Shown here in pieces: positions 12,883 to 27,345 of a stretch of 64,000 nucleotides of DNA. The stretch covers positions 61,690,001-61,754,000 of the forward strand of contig NC_042998.1 in assembly GCF_006345805.1 (NCBI RefSeq), written 5' to 3'. The DNA is from Octopus sinensis (taxonomy: Eukaryota). A program made the position numbers and the translations under genes. The notes under the pieces were generated by a model. That model had not been told where the DNA came from, did no database searches, and worked only from the letters and a program-made list of their open reading frames with translations. How positions within the stretch are numbered: the stretch's first letter is position 1; each line of letters opens with the position of its first letter.

Positions 12883-13992
12883 GTTCGTTCTTGCTACACG
12901 CAACGTACATATATTTCCTTTTCTTCTGCGTACCCTTTATAAAGCGATCTCTGTGAATGAATGATCATTTGTTTCTATATAAATATAAACACATAATAAT
13001 ATCAGTCAGGCTATACTTTTAATTAGAGTAGAGATCTTGTTTTCTATTGCCGGTTTGTTTACTATGCTAATATTGTTTTCATTGCTTAGTGTGTGTATAT
13101 ATGTATCTCTATATTTATTTGCACTTGATCGATTTTTGACCTTAGCGGCTTATATGACATTCTACAAAACTAACAAAATAAACACTGCGCGTGTATGTGC
13201 CTTATATATATATATATATGCATGCGTGTGAAAACCAATATTACGTACTGCGAAACAAATTTATTTAATTTTCCCATTAAACAAGCCTTTTCGCACGTTG
13301 TCATAGATTTCAGTTACACACATCTATAATATTTATCTATCTATATACAGCTAAATTATTAGGTAGATAGATAGATACGGAGCTGTATGTGTGTGTGTAA
13401 TTATGTATATATATCACGGAAAATTTATCAAAATTGTGAGACATATGCGTTAGAAAGAATAACGAAATAAATTAAATGAATACATACATTTAGTTACATA
13501 AATATACACACATATAGATTATAAATACATATATTTATATACATACGCACATTTGCATAACCCCATACACACCTACACACTTACAGGTGTATGTAGGTGT
13601 GTATACATTCGAAGTTGATTCTATTTCATCACTATTCAGAGTTTCTCCCTTTCGCTTGATAAAAAAATATAATCTATATACATCTCTTCCCCCAAAAATA
13701 TTCCTTCTCACACTCTTTAAAAACATTTATTTATTGAATGAAAATTCTCTTGAAAAGATTGATCATTTACGCCAGTTTTAAAAATTCAATTGCTTTTACA
13801 ATCTTCATTTTCTGTACACCTCTTTGGTCAAAGCATGAATGACTCTACTTCGCATTATCTCTTTCTCTCTTTTCCTCTCTTTCTCTCTCATACTAAAGCT
13901 GTGGCTTTTGTGTTTAATTGATTAATCGCAAATCACAGCGTTAATCGACTGATGCGTTGAAGTTGATCTTGAAATAAATCACACACACGCAT

Positions 13993-14023
<31 letters not shown>

Positions 14024-14169
14024 TAGGTACCTATTTCGATTAAGCCCTTCGAGATGTTGCCCCGACATGGCCGCAGTCCAATGACTTGAACGAGTAAAGG
14101 ATAAAGGAAATCTATATATGCACTAACACACCTAATTCCTATTGACAATCTCTTTTTATCCTTTCTCTC

Positions 14170-14212
<43 letters not shown>

Positions 14213-14910
14213 ATGACTGATAATTTAAGCAACGAAATAGTGAGTTTGCTAAGTTGCGATATACCTGCATCTCTCCCGCTCGTTGTTGCTATATTTATGC
14301 ATATTACCCCCCCCCCCCAGAAACACCGGCCTTGACTTCCCCTCCCGGGTACCTTATCGTATTTAACCATAACTTATTCAATAATCACCATGCACTCACA
14401 CACATACACAGTCTATCTCTATCTCTACCTCGCGTATCGATAATGATTTACGCAATATATTGTAAATTATGCAATATCATAACAGTTCGCTGTGTGTATG
14501 CGTGCAGGTGTTGTTGATGGTTATGGTGGTGGTGATAGTGATCTGTTTGACGGTGCCAAATCGTCTATGCTTGCATTCAAAGTTGGAGGTCACCCCGTTT
14601 TACCTCAATCGGTTTAAGCTTTTAATAACAGACAGTCTCTCGTTCGCCTGTTGTCCTTTCTATGAGTTGTAAAGATCATTTTAATTTTTACTTTCAGTGT
14701 GTATACCTTCAAAATAAAATAAAATAAAATGATGTATATAGCGGAAACCACTTGTGTTTTCATAATAAATTGCCCGATTTATATTTGTGTATGTGTGTGC
14801 ATTTGTGTATATGTACAAGTGTTGCTTGCGTGTATCTATGTACATGTGAGTGCTTGCTTGTAAATATGCACCCATGTGCTTGCATGTATATTTCTACGTA
14901 TGAGCTTGCT

Positions 14911-14977
<67 letters not shown>

Positions 14978-15049
14978 GTATTACGTCAGGAGGAAATTCC
15001 TGTCGTTTTTCAAGATGTGAAAGAAACGAAATGTTTCATTGATTTTAAT

Positions 15050-16100
15050 TGAAATATTTAATGAAGATGATATTTCTCATTATTTATTAATTTATTACAT
15101 AGTCCCACATACTTGGAAGATTTTACTTGCATGTAAAATTCTTCATTTTTAACCTTGCAATTAATAAACCGTATCCATTCCTAAATAATGTTACTATTGA
15201 AAAAGATGATAGATGGAGCAAGGTCAGGTGAGTAAAGAAAATTGAGCAAAGCTTCCATGTTTAGACCCATAATCTTTTCCTAAGTGATTCTGACAATATG
15301 CAGTCTTGCATTATTATGTAGGAGCAACACCCCTTTACAATTGACCAATCATGATGCTTTTTCTGCAGATTTTTTGTGCAGTGCTTCCAACTGACAACAA
15401 TATTTCTCCGCATTATCTATTCCATTTTAGTTTAATCCATCATGATTGATAACACCCCTCCATAACCAACTGAGCACAGAACAATACTTTTCAGGCATAG
15501 TCCTGGTTTGGGGATGGATTCTCCTTTCATTAAGTGCTAACTGTTGTTGTTTCCGTTGGCTGTAACTAAAGAGAACCTACTTTTGCAGTGATTCTAGCCA
15601 AGAAAGGCTCAGTAGTTCAATGACAAGCTCTTTGATTAAGTGGAGTCAGTCAATGAGGGACCTATTGATGAAGTTTAGACACTTCACTGGATTTGTGAGT
15701 GTGTTTTATAATTGAAATGTGACTTGAATTGAATAGTTTTGCTAATTCTTGTGCAGTTTGTTTTGGATTATTCTCAACTCTGGCTTTTGGAAGCTCAGTA
15801 TTGACAGAATTTGGCATTTAGATTGAAGGGAATCTATAAGAGAAAAATTGAAAGCTGGCCTAACCATCCTTGACATGTTCGCTCAATTAAAGCTTCATTT
15901 CCATTGACAGAGCAAATATTTCTTGTCGCTTCCATTGATGAAGAGCCCTTTTTTGAATTCAAATGGCATGCAATGTCTGATATGGGTCTGATCTAAGCTC
16001 ATTTTAAAAGGGTAAAATCAATATGAACTTAACCACTATGGTAGAAAGTAATCTGCAAAGGGAAAAGGAAACATTAGAATGTGAAAATTAATGGTTATTT
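15050..16100 (-). mobile_element. Near full-length, decayed mariner transposon
   Basis: Minus-strand frames give FEFKKGSSSMEATRNICSV, RVENNPKQTAQELAK, VPHxLTP, KYCCQLEAL, GVLLLHNNARLH, YSPDLAPS, with many stops. Confidence 0.8.
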
Positions 16101-16599
16101 TTCTGTAAGTATTCAGAAAGTACCTCCTAATTGATCATGCAAAAATATTACAAGACTTTCTTTCCAGAAATCATCATCATAATAATAATAATAATATATA
16201 TATATATAAATGCAAAGACCTGTTGAGGCAAGTGAAATCGTTGTCGTGGCTGATGATAGTACTGCCAGACTGGCACCCATGCCGGTGAAATGTTAAAAGC
16301 ACCATTCGAGCGTGATCGTTGCTGGTGCCACCTGACTGGCTCCTATGCAGGTGGCACGTAAAAAGCACAATTTCAGTGTGGTCATTGTCAGTACCACCTG
16401 ACTGGTCCTCATGCCAGTGGCACGTTAAAGAACCAGCTACACTCTTGGAGTGGTTGGCGTTAGGAAGGGCATCCAGCTGTAGAAACATTGCCAGATCAGA
16501 TTGGAGCCTGGTGCAGCTTTCTGGCTCACCAGCCTTCAGTCAAACCGTCCAACCCCTAGCCAGCATGGAAAGCAGATGTTAAACAACAATGATGATGAT

Positions 16600-17485
16600 A
16601 TATAAAGTTGGAAAAGGTGCAGAAGTATATCTTAGAGAATATTTAATATTTTGTCATAAAATCTCAAGAAGAGATACAGTAGTAACACATACTAAACAGC
16701 AGAGCTATTAGCCACATCTAAGCGGCAGATGAATGTTACTATTAGTTTAACCCCAGGCAGATTCTCCGCCAGCTGGCTTTCGGAGCAAGCTCTGCATCCT
16801 TATATACATTGCTAGCAGGGGGTAGCAAACCCCTACTACCTTCTAGTAGCTGACAGGATTGCAGGACCAGCCAGTTTCAAGCTAGTTGGCTCACGTCACC
16901 TTTGCATTGGATTGATAGCCAAAATCTGCCTCTGCCAGTGATATATTGTAATCAAGGTGACCATTGCTCACTCATCTGCAACAAGTAAAATAGCTAAGAA
17001 TAAAATCTCAAGAAGAGATAGAGTAACGTATACTAAGCAGTAAAGCAAATAGCCACATCTAAGTGGCTAGCAATGTATTGTATATAAAGGGTGCAAAGCT
17101 TGCACCAAAAAACCAGCTGGTGGAGAATCCGCTTGGGGTTAAACTAGTAGTAATATTCATCTGCCACTTAGATGTAACTACTTGCTCTACTGTTTAGTAT
17201 GTTTGTTACAGTGAGTAAGTTAAAATATAACTGGTTTTGATGTCTCCATCTTATCAAATATTAGAATTTATTTGGAAGTCAAAGAGAAAGAAAATGTTTG
17301 GTGGGTTTAACAGTTTGTACCCATATTTGAGTTCTTTCATCCTCTCTGATTTCTCCAAAAATTATTTCTAATATTTGATAAGATAGATACATTGAAATGG
17401 GTTATATTTTAAATCACTCACTGTAACAAAAATACTAAACATTTTCTAAAATATACTCCTGTGACTTTTCCAACTTTATTTTTGT
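16600..17485. repeat. Nested imperfect inverted repeats (fold-back element)
   Basis: About 16680-16815 is the reverse complement of about 17065-17210 (roughly 80% by eye). About 16600-16660 is the reverse complement of about 17420-17485. Confidence 0.65.
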
Positions 17486-17541
17486 AACTATAATTTTTGC
17501 TTTGTATCGGCTCATTACCTCTTTTCAACTATATATATATA

Positions 17542-17596
<55 letters not shown>

Positions 17597-17874
17597 CTAT
17601 CCATGACAGCGTGGAAAACGGATGTTAAAGGATGATGACAATGGTGAAGCATAGAAAAGTGTATACATGTATACACACACATATATTAATGTCTGTTTTA
17701 TGTAAGGTTTTTATAAAAAACAGCAATATATTAAAATTAAAGGACCATTCTATATTTTTTAGTAGAGTACTGTATTTTTACAAAAGGTTGATAGTGACTT
17801 CTAAGTTTTGCTCATTTTCTTATATCAGAGTGTGACTTGGTTTAGTTTTTCATACCATGTATAATGTTTTTATA

Positions 17875-18252
17875 CAGTGATACCTTGTAGTATGAGTTTA
17901 ATTCGTTCCATGACCGAGCTCGTCTTACTCATTTTACAACCATTTTTCCCCATTAAAATTAACTAAAAGATAATTAATCCATTCCAGCCCACAAAAACCA
18001 CTCAGAAATAGTTTTTTTATGGGTTTTAAAACAGAAAAGGTGTAGTTACAAGTAAAATGAGAATTATACAAAAGAGAATGCAAAAGAAATATGTAAACTG
18101 GTTTTATTAACTGAATTACCTTAAAGATGGGGCAATTTGTGTGCTTGTACTGCGGATCTCAGCTCATACTTCAAGACTAAGATTTGCACAAGTCTCGGCT
18201 CACAGAGCAAATTACTCGTAGAATGGGGCACTCGTACTGTGACGTTCTACTG
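17875..18252. mobile_element. Tigger/pogo-like MITE
   Basis: TA|CAGTGATACC...TTCTACTG|TA termini. Confidence 0.55.
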
Positions 18253-20027
18253 TATCGAAATCAAATTCGATGACTGGCATCCATGCTAGTGGGGCGCTAA
18301 GAGCACCATCCAAGCATGATTGTTGCCAGAGCAGCTAACTGGCTTCTATGCCGGTGGCACATAAAAAGCACCATTTGAGTGTGATCGTTACCAGCATTGC
18401 CTTACTGGCATGTGAAGAAACATTCGAGCAAGGTCGTTGCCAGTGCCACTGGACTGGCTCCTGTGCAGGTAGCACATAAAAAACACCACTTAAGCGTGGC
18501 CGTTGCCAGTACCACTTGACTGGCACTTAAAAGTACCCACTACACACTCGGAGTGGTTGGCATTAGGAAGGGCATCCAGCTGTAGAAACTCTGCCAGATC
18601 AGATTGGAGCCTGGTGCAGCCATCGGGTTTGCCAGTCCTCAGTCAAATCGTCCAACCCATGCTAGCATGGAAAGCGGATGTTAAACGATGATGATGAGGA
18701 TATATATATGTATATATTTGAGTTGAGAACCCAAATTTAATCACAGCCTAGATGACAGCTAGTTAGCCAAAACTGTCGAGTCCCTGTCAACTTTACTCTT
18801 GTAAGCATGGCAGTTTGGTAATTAGCTTGCCTACCAACCACATGGTTTTGGGTTCAGTCCCAATGTTTGGCACCTTGGGCAAGTGTCTTCTACTATAGTC
18901 TCAGGATGACCAAAGCCTTGTGAGTAGATTTGGTAGACAGAAACTAAAAGCCCATCATATATATATATATATATGCATATGTGTGTGTGTGTATATATGT
19001 TTGTGTGTCTGTGTTTGTCCTTTCCCTCACCAATTCTTGACAACCAATGTTAGTGTGTTTACATCCCCGTAACTTAGCAGTTTGGCAAAAGAGAACCGAT
19101 AGAATAAGTACTAGGCTTACAAAGAACAAGTCCTGGGGTCCATTTGTTCAACTAAAGATGGTGTTCCAGCATGGCTACAGTCAAATGACTGAAACAAATA
19201 AACGAATATATGTATATATATTTATATATAATCATGCGGATAACGTGGTTGGCATTAGAAAGGACATCATCATCATCATCATTTAATGTCCATTTTCCAT
19301 GCTGGGATAGGTTGGATGGTTTGACTAAAAACTGGTAAGCCAGAGGGCTGCACCAGGTTCCAATCTGATTTGGGAAAATTTCTACGGCTGGATGCTCTTC
19401 CTAATGCCAACCACTCCAAGAGTGTAGTGGGTGCTTTTTAAGTGTCACCAGCAAAGGTGCCAGTTATGAAACACCGGCATTGATCACAACTGTGATCTCA
19501 CTTGACTTGACAGGTCTTCTCAAGCATGGTATATTGTCAAAGGTTTTGGTCACTTGTCATTTCTTCCATGCGGCCCAAAGTTCAAAGGGTACTGTTTACG
19601 TGCCACTGGCATGGCTACCAGTTACATCACCCTGGCATCGGCCACGACTATGATTTCACTTGGCTTGATGGGTCTTCTCAAGCACAGCATGTCCAGCTGT
19701 AAAAACCACACCAGAGCAGACAGTGGAGCTCCTCACAGTCTTCTGGCTTGCCAGTTTCTGTTAAACTGTCCAAACCATTCCAGCATGGTTAAGTGATGAG
19801 GCTGATATGGCAGGAGAGAAGGATTTACAGAATCACATTCATTAACTTTCAGCTGTTTCAGTTATAAGGATTTGTGCACACTGATTTGGGTATCAGTGCA
19901 ACATTGTATAGCTTCATCAGTGCCTTAATTCATACTTCCTTGCTACTAGAGCTTAGGAATACCATGCATTATAAGTGTTTTAAATGTTAACATCTGGTTA
20001 TCGGTACTGCTATGGAAAAGCAAAGTA

Positions 20028-20185
20028 CCGTATTTTAACATGTATAAGGAACCCTTTTTTTGTCAAAAATTAGGTTAAATATATATGTGTGTTTCTTATA
20101 CATGATTAGTATTATAATCCCTTACCTTTTTTCCAAATTTTAAACCTCAAAAATTAGGGGGTTACTTATACATGTTAAAATATAG
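20028..20185. mobile_element. Short MITE with ~21-bp TIRs
   Basis: ccgtattttaacatgtataag ... cttatacatgttaaaatatag; the mismatches are CpG-decay type. Confidence 0.7.
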
Positions 20186-21399
20186 TGTATATGTGGGTGT
20201 CTTAATTATATATAGTCTTTCAGTTATCATGTACTTTTTTGTTGAATACACCAACATTATACATGAATGTCTGTGTGTGTACCTCTCAGTAGACGTGTGT
20301 GTGTGTACTTCACTACATGAATCACCTCATACATTTAAGCCAGTTGTGGCTCAACTCACAGTTGATAACACCAATTAATATATATGCAAGAGATGAAAAG
20401 AAGTAAAAAAAAAAAGATACTGAAGGTAATTTTTTTTATTTTATTTCCATAAATTCAGTTATTCATTCCGTCAAATATTGATTTTTTTTCTTTTGGTGGA
20501 GGAAAATGTCAGTGTAATCAATGCCAATAGTTACTAGTGAGAATAAAAGACTAAGTCTGTCTTGGTTATGTGTATTTTTAGTGCTTTTCAAGTAAAGCTT
20601 ATTTTGGGATTATTTCATTCCCCTTCCCCTATAAATTTGAGGCTTTAGATCAAGCTAAAAAGAAATTATTATCATTATTATTATTATTATTATTAGCATT
20701 AATTTCACAGGCACAAAGCATTGCTGTGTGGTAAGAAGCTTGCTTCCCATCCACATGGTTCTGGGTTCCGTCCCACTGCATGGAACCTTGGGCATGTCTT
20801 CTACTCTAGCCTCAGGCTGACCGAAGCCTTGTTGAGCAGATTTGGTAGATGGAAACTGAAAGAAATCCATTTGTGTGTGTGTGTGTGTGTTTCTCCCTCA
20901 TCATGCCTGCAGTCAAAGGATACAGTCCTTCCTTTCTTCCCACCAGCCTTGGAAGTACTATAAAGGACCTTAGATACTGCCCTTCTTTCAAGGAGTAAAG
21001 AAATCTTCAATGTGATAGGAGAACACCTATATCTGCGATCCCTAAATTTATTTTGTTGTGAATCCTTTTATGTGTTTTGTTGTTTTTGCCTTGAATTGTG
21101 GAACCCTTTATTGTTTGTTTCAGTCATTGAACTGGAGCCATACTGGAGCACCACTATGATGGGTTTAGTTAAACAAATCAACCCCTGTACTTATTAAAAA
21201 ATTTTTTTTAAAGCCTGGTACTTATTCTATCAGTCTCTTTTGCTGAACTGCTAAGTTACACAGGCATAAATACACCAATATCAGTTATCAAGCAGTAGTG
21301 GGAGACAAACACAAATGCGGACATACATGCACACACATATATAATGGGCTTCTTCAAGTTTCTCTCCAACAAATCTACTTACACACATACACATATATA

Positions 21400-22620
21400 A
21401 ATAATAAAAATAATAATAATGAAATTATTGTATACAGTGCTCAGGTGCACCACAACTTGTCAGAGTATATGCAGTAATGTACAAATGTCTGGAAAGCAAA
21501 CAATGCATGAGTCAGCTACATGCTTATGTATGTATGGAGGGGAGAAAATCAGGTGTAGTGTTGGCGAATCTCAGGAAGCATGGGAGTTTTGAAGGATGCA
21601 GTGCTCCGACAACTAACAACTGATGCCGGCAGTTTGTTCCATGCTTCAGCAACTCTCAGTGTGAAAAAATGTTTCCTGAAGTCTTGGGAGCTGTGCTGTT
21701 TTCTGACTTTGTAAATATGTCCACGGGTGTTAGGTGGGTGGAGTTTGAAATGGTGCTCAGAGTTATTGTTTGTTCGATGGTTGATAATTTTATGTGTGTC
21801 TGCCAAGTCAGCTGCTAGACGTCGGAGTTTCAATGTGTCCATGCCCAGGGAAGTAAGGCGTTCAGGATATGGCAAATGCCTGATGGAGGGTATTCTTTTG
21901 GTTGCATGTCGCTGAACAGCTTCCAGACGATTGATATCCTGGGCAAGATAGGGGTTCCAGACCGGTGAGGCAAATTCCAGGTGAGGTCTTACCATAGCTA
22001 TATAAAGCCGCAGATAGATAGTCGGAGAGCGGCTCACAAAGGATTTGGTGAGTGATGCCAAGACACCCTCAGCCTTCTTGACAATTTTAGCGATGTGTTT
22101 TGTCCAACGCAAATCACTGTCGACAATAACACCCAGGTCACGTTCACATGAAGACTTTTTGAGACTAGTGTTGTGGAGGGAGTAGGTGGACGCTGAGTTT
22201 CTCCTCCCAAAATGCATGGTGGTACATTTGTCCACAGCCAGCTTGAGTTGCCAGTCCATGATCCACTGCTGCATTGTGTCCAGGTCTGCTTGCAATAGAG
22301 ATCTATAGTGTACAGGATCTGACCTCTTTATTTCGAGGTACAGCTTGATGTCATCTGCATATTTCAGTACTGTGGCATTCTTTAAGTTGGTATCTATGTC
22401 ATTAACATATGCAACAAATAAAAGGGGGCCAAGAACAGATCCCTGTGGTACACCAGATGTCATCTCATAGGGCGAAGAGTGCTGTCCTAGAACTGTGACA
22501 ACCTCTTTTCGGCCGAAAATAAAGGGCTTCAACCAGTTATAGAGTTCGTCTCTTACACCCAACGCAGAAAGCTTCACCATAAGTTTTTTGTGTGGCACAG
22601 AGTTAAAGGCTTTAGCAAAT
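21400..22620 (-). mobile_element. 5'-truncated CR1-clade LINE (RT C-terminal ORF 21549-22620 still open)
   Basis: FAKAFNSVPH, SGVPQGSVLGPLLF, YADD, RDLGVIVD, PHLEFASPVWNP; short 3' UTR ending in (TTA)n. The first 13 residues of the listed ORF come from the flanking SINE. Confidence 0.95.
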
Positions 22621-25600
22621 ATGATGAGCTTCTTCAAGTTTCTGCCTATCAAATCCATTCACAAGGTTTTGGTTGGCCTGAGGCTGTAGTAGAAGACATT
22701 TCTACTACTGGAGCTGAACCCAGAACCCTGTGATTGGGAAGCAAGCTTCTTACCTCACATCCACACCTGCACAATTCCTGCCATGTTCATTGTAAAGAGT
22801 AAAAGGTAACGATTCCCTTCGGTCATGAATGACCATGGGATTGCACCTAGAAAGTTCCCCTCTGACGCACAAGTCTGGGTAAGGTTGTTTATGGAAGACC
22901 AGCAGTCGCCCATGAATACCAGACTCACCTCTCCATGCTGATGATATCCAAGGGAAAGGTAAAGGCTGATACAGCTTGGCACCAGTGATGTTGCAACACA
23001 TTACACAGCCCGGTGCTCTAACCACTGCATCATGCACCTTCACATGTTAATTGTAATGATGTATATTAAATGGAAATTGTTTTAGAGAAAGAATTTATAT
23101 TAAAAAAATATATTGTTTTGAAAAGGGTGAATTTTTTTCATAAAATAGCTTTTTAAAATTTTCTTAAAAAACATCTTTATCCAACCGTACCTCACAGTTT
23201 CTTCATAGAAGCCACTTTAAAAGATGCCGATTTATACATTACTAGTAAGCTGGCAGAAACGTTATCGCACCGGGCAAAATGCGTAGCGGTATTTCGTCTG
23301 TCGCAACATTGTGAGTTCAAATTCCGCCCAGGTCGACTTTGCCTTTCATCCTTTCGGGGTCGATAAATTAAGTACCAGTTACGCACTGGGGTCGATGTAA
23401 TCGACTTAATTCCTATGTTTGTCCCCTCTATGTTTAGCCCCTTGTGAGTAATAAAGAAAGATACTAGTAGGAGCTGATGGCTTGCTAGAAGATGCAGCCA
23501 AATATTCCTCAAAATACTACAGAAGTTATGATGTTCAGAAACATATTTTATAGTAAGAATTGTCAAGACATGGGATAAATTACCCACATCAATTGCTAGC
23601 TAACAGAACATTGCATCCTTCAGAAATTCCCCAACACTATTCCTGATTGTGCTTCTGCATCATTTCCTCTTTTCCACTTTTTTTGCTTGATTTACCTGCT
23701 GCATTTTGTCCCCTCATTTTGCCTATTTTCCCGATGAGTTATAGTGTACCTGGCCACTGTATGCAACAGTGGTTCCCTATCTTTTCACTAACAAGGACCA
23801 CTTTTAATTAAATGAGTTTTCCTATGGACCCCAGGATATTCTTTACTACTCTAGGCACAAGGCCTGAAATCTTGGGAGAGGGGGCCAGTTGATTAGATTG
23901 ACCCCAGTTCAACTGGTACTTAAATTTATTGATTCCAAAAGGAGGAAAGGCAAAGTCAACCTCGGCGGAATTTGAACTCAGAACATAAAGACAGATGAAA
24001 TACCACTAAGCATTTTACCCGGCATGCTAACATTTCTGCCAGTCAAGACTTATTATGTTGTGTAGCAGCCTTGGATGTGTTTTATAGCATGTTGTCTGAG
24101 GATATATGTGGTGTGTGGTATAGCAGATGTGAAGACTTGGTTTAGTGGTTAGGGGTATGCTGTGTCCTTGAGCAAGACACTTTATTTCATGTTGCTCCAA
24201 TCAGCCCAGCTGACAAAAATGAGTTGTACCTGTAATTCAAAGGGCTGCTTTCACACATTCTGTGTCATTGACCCCAGTGTTCAACTGGTACTTATCTTAT
24301 TGACCTTGAAAGGATGAAAGGCAAAGTCAACCTCGGCAGAATTTGAACTCAGAACATAAAGATGAATGAAATGCTACTAAGCATTGCGTTCAGCATGCTA
24401 ATGATTCTGCCAGATTATCACCTTAATAGGAACAATGATAATTTTGCTGTATCCCAAGAGGTTCATTATAATAACGAGCTTATTGTTTATCTGTGGTTTG
24501 CAAAAAGTAGTACTGGGGTTCCAGGAACATGTTTAAGCTGACATCATCATCATCATCCAGTATTTTAAATCCGGGTTTTGTCCCCGTTAACAGGGGTGGC
24601 CGGGTCTACCTCAATGCCATAGCAACCAAGGTAAGCAGGTGCAGCTCCCACCAACTTTTGAGCTGGCTGGTACCCATTCTCCTTTGCTATCACAATGCTT
24701 TCAATATCCTAGGGTCCCCTTCCCCCAAATTTTCAGTCCTTGTGCCTATAATAGAAAGGATTATTATTATTATTAAGGCTGGCAGAATCATTAGCACGCC
24801 ACACAAAATGCTCAATAGTATTTCATCTGCCACTACGTTCTGAGTTCAAGTTCCACCGAGATCAACTTTGCATTTCATCCTTTCAGGTGAAGCTTTGTGT
24901 CTCCAGTAGAAAGAATTATTATTATTATCATCATCATCATCATCATCAACATCACCGCTTTTCTACTTTTTACACTCTTCTTTATGTGACCCCATACTGT
25001 ATTGTCCATTACCATCCCTAGTGTGTTTTGTAAAGCCTTTGTGGTAATAAAAAAACATTATTATAGATGCAGGAGTGGCTGTGTGGTAAGTACCTTGCTT
25101 CCCAACCACATGGTTCCGGGTTCATTCCCACTGCATGGCACCTTGGGCAAGTGTCTTCTACTATAGCCTCAGGTTGACCAAAGCCTTGTGAGTGAATTTG
25201 GTAGATGAAAACTGAAAGAAGCCCATTGTGTATATGTGTGTGTGTCTCTGCTTGTCCCCCTATGTATGTATGTATGTATGTATGTGTGTGTATATGTCTG
25301 TGTTTGTCCCCACCAACATCGCTTGACAACAAATGGTGGTGTGTTTGCATCCCCATACCTTAGCGGTTTGGCAAAAGAGACTGATAGAATAAGTACTAGG
25401 CTTCCAGAGAATAAGTCCTGGGGTCAATTTACTCAACTAAAGGCAGTGCTCCAGCATGGCCGCAGTCAAATGACTGAAACAAGTAAAAGAGTAAGGCAGC
25501 AAGCTGGCAGAATTGATAGCATGCGGGGTGAAATGCTTAGCGGTATTTCATCTGTGGCTACGTTCCGAGTTCAAATTCCGCCAAGGTCGACTTTGCCTTT

Positions 25601-26571
25601 CATCCTTTCGGGGTTGATTACATAAGTACCAGTTATGCACTGGGGTTGGTATAATCGACTTAATCCGTTTGTCTGTCCTTGTTTGTCCCCTCTGTGTTTA
25701 GCCCCTTGTGGGTAGTAAAGAAATAGGTATTTCATCTGTCTTTATGTTCTGAGTTCAAATTCCCCCAAAGTCGACTTTGCCTTTCCTCCTTTCGGGGTCT
25801 TTGAAATAAGTATATTATTCACAGGGATCGATATAATCAACTAGTCCCCTTCCCCCATAATTTTCAAGGCCTTGTGCCAAGAGTAGGAATAATTATTATA
25901 TAAAGTCACACCCTACTCCCTGTATGGGGACTGGCATGTCTAGGAGTTAACTAGAAATTGTGTTGAATTCTGTCCATCAAAAGGAAAAGATCTAATAAAC
26001 CCAACGTTTCCTCTGCATGTCATAAAAGGCAACTAAAAGGAGGTTGAGGCAGGGTTTGCACTCTGACCTCATAAAACCCTCTTCAGCAACAACTACTCAA
26101 GCAGACCTCTGGGCTTGGAAGGTTGTCACCTGAATGGTGCAACGGTGTCATCCACCTGGAGTTGAGAATCTATTTCTCTATTACCCACAAGGGGCTAAAC
26201 TTAGAGGGGACAAACAAGGACAGACATAGGTATTAAGTCGATTACATCGACCCCAGTGCGGAACTGGTACTTAATTTATCGACCCCGAAAGGATGAAAGG
26301 CAAAGTCAACCTCGGCGGAATTTGAACTCACAACGTAACGGCTGACGAAATACCGCTAAGCATTTCGCCCGGCGTGCTAACGTTTCTGCCAGCTCCACCA
26401 ACAGAATGGTGGATGCAGCAACACACTGTTACAGCATTTCCACCCCCATACTGCCACTACTATTACTACCCTCTAAAAAAATGGAAGGACTTAGTCATTG
26501 GATATAATCCTAAATATGAAAAAGTGAAATAAATTATTTGGAATACCTAGTTCGAGATTTTATTATGAACA

Positions 26572-26955
26572 AGGAGTGGCTGTGTGGTAAGTAGCTTGCT
26601 TACCAAGCACATGGTTCCGGGTTCAGTCCCACTGTGTGGCACCTTGGATCTTCTACTAAAGCCTCGGGCCGACCAAAGCCTTGTGAGTGGATCTGGTAGA
26701 CGGAAACTGAAAGAAGCCTGTCGTATATATGTATATATATATATATATGTGTTTGTGTCTGTGTTTGTCCCCCCAACATCACTTGATAACCGATGCAGGT
26801 GTGTTTACATCCCCGTAACTTAGCGGTTCGGCAAAAGAGATCAATAGAATAGGTACTAGGCCTACAAAGAATAAGTTCTGGGGTCGATGTGCTCGACTAA
26901 AGGCAGTGCTCCAGCATGGCCGCAGTCAAATGACTGAAACAAGTAAAAGAGAGAG
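26572..26955 (+). mobile_element. tRNA-derived SINE, family B (full-length copy)
   Basis: A-box TGGCTGTGTGG and B-box GGTTCAGTCCC, a microsatellite spacer, and tail ..gcagtcaaatgactgaaacaagtaaaagag. Other copies at about 3100(-), 18805, 25070, 30800 and 55265, plus split copies at 21150/22624, 31255/34575 and 44960/47519. Confidence 0.85.
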
Positions 26956-27139
26956 AGTAAAATGGTATGGTCATGTTTGGAATGCCTTTGATCATAATAT
27001 CTGCTCGATCAGGTCAGATTCTAGGCTAATCTCCAACTAGTTGCTTGAAGGTTCATTTTGCAGCAAAACTAAGATAAGTTGATTTCATTTTTAGATTTGG
27101 TTTGCAAGATTCTTTATGTGAGTTCGTGTGTTGAAGCAT

Positions 27140-27345
27140 ATTCTGTTGTGTGTGGGGTGAGTCATTTTCTTTTTGTGCCGTATAATTTAAACACACTCAA
27201 CGGTAAAATTTTCGTTACGTCTTGCAACCTTTTCAATAGTCTTTTAGGAAAATAAAAATAAGAAATAAGTGGAAATTTTACCGCTGAGTGTGTTAAATTA
27301 TACGGCACAAAAAGAAAATGACTCTCCCCAGACACAACAGAATAA
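27140..27345. mobile_element. MITE-like inverted repeat (~72-bp arms, ~55-bp spacer)
   Basis: attctgttgtgtgtggggtgagtcatttt...ggtaaaattttc versus its near-exact reverse complement at 27275-27345. Confidence 0.75.
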
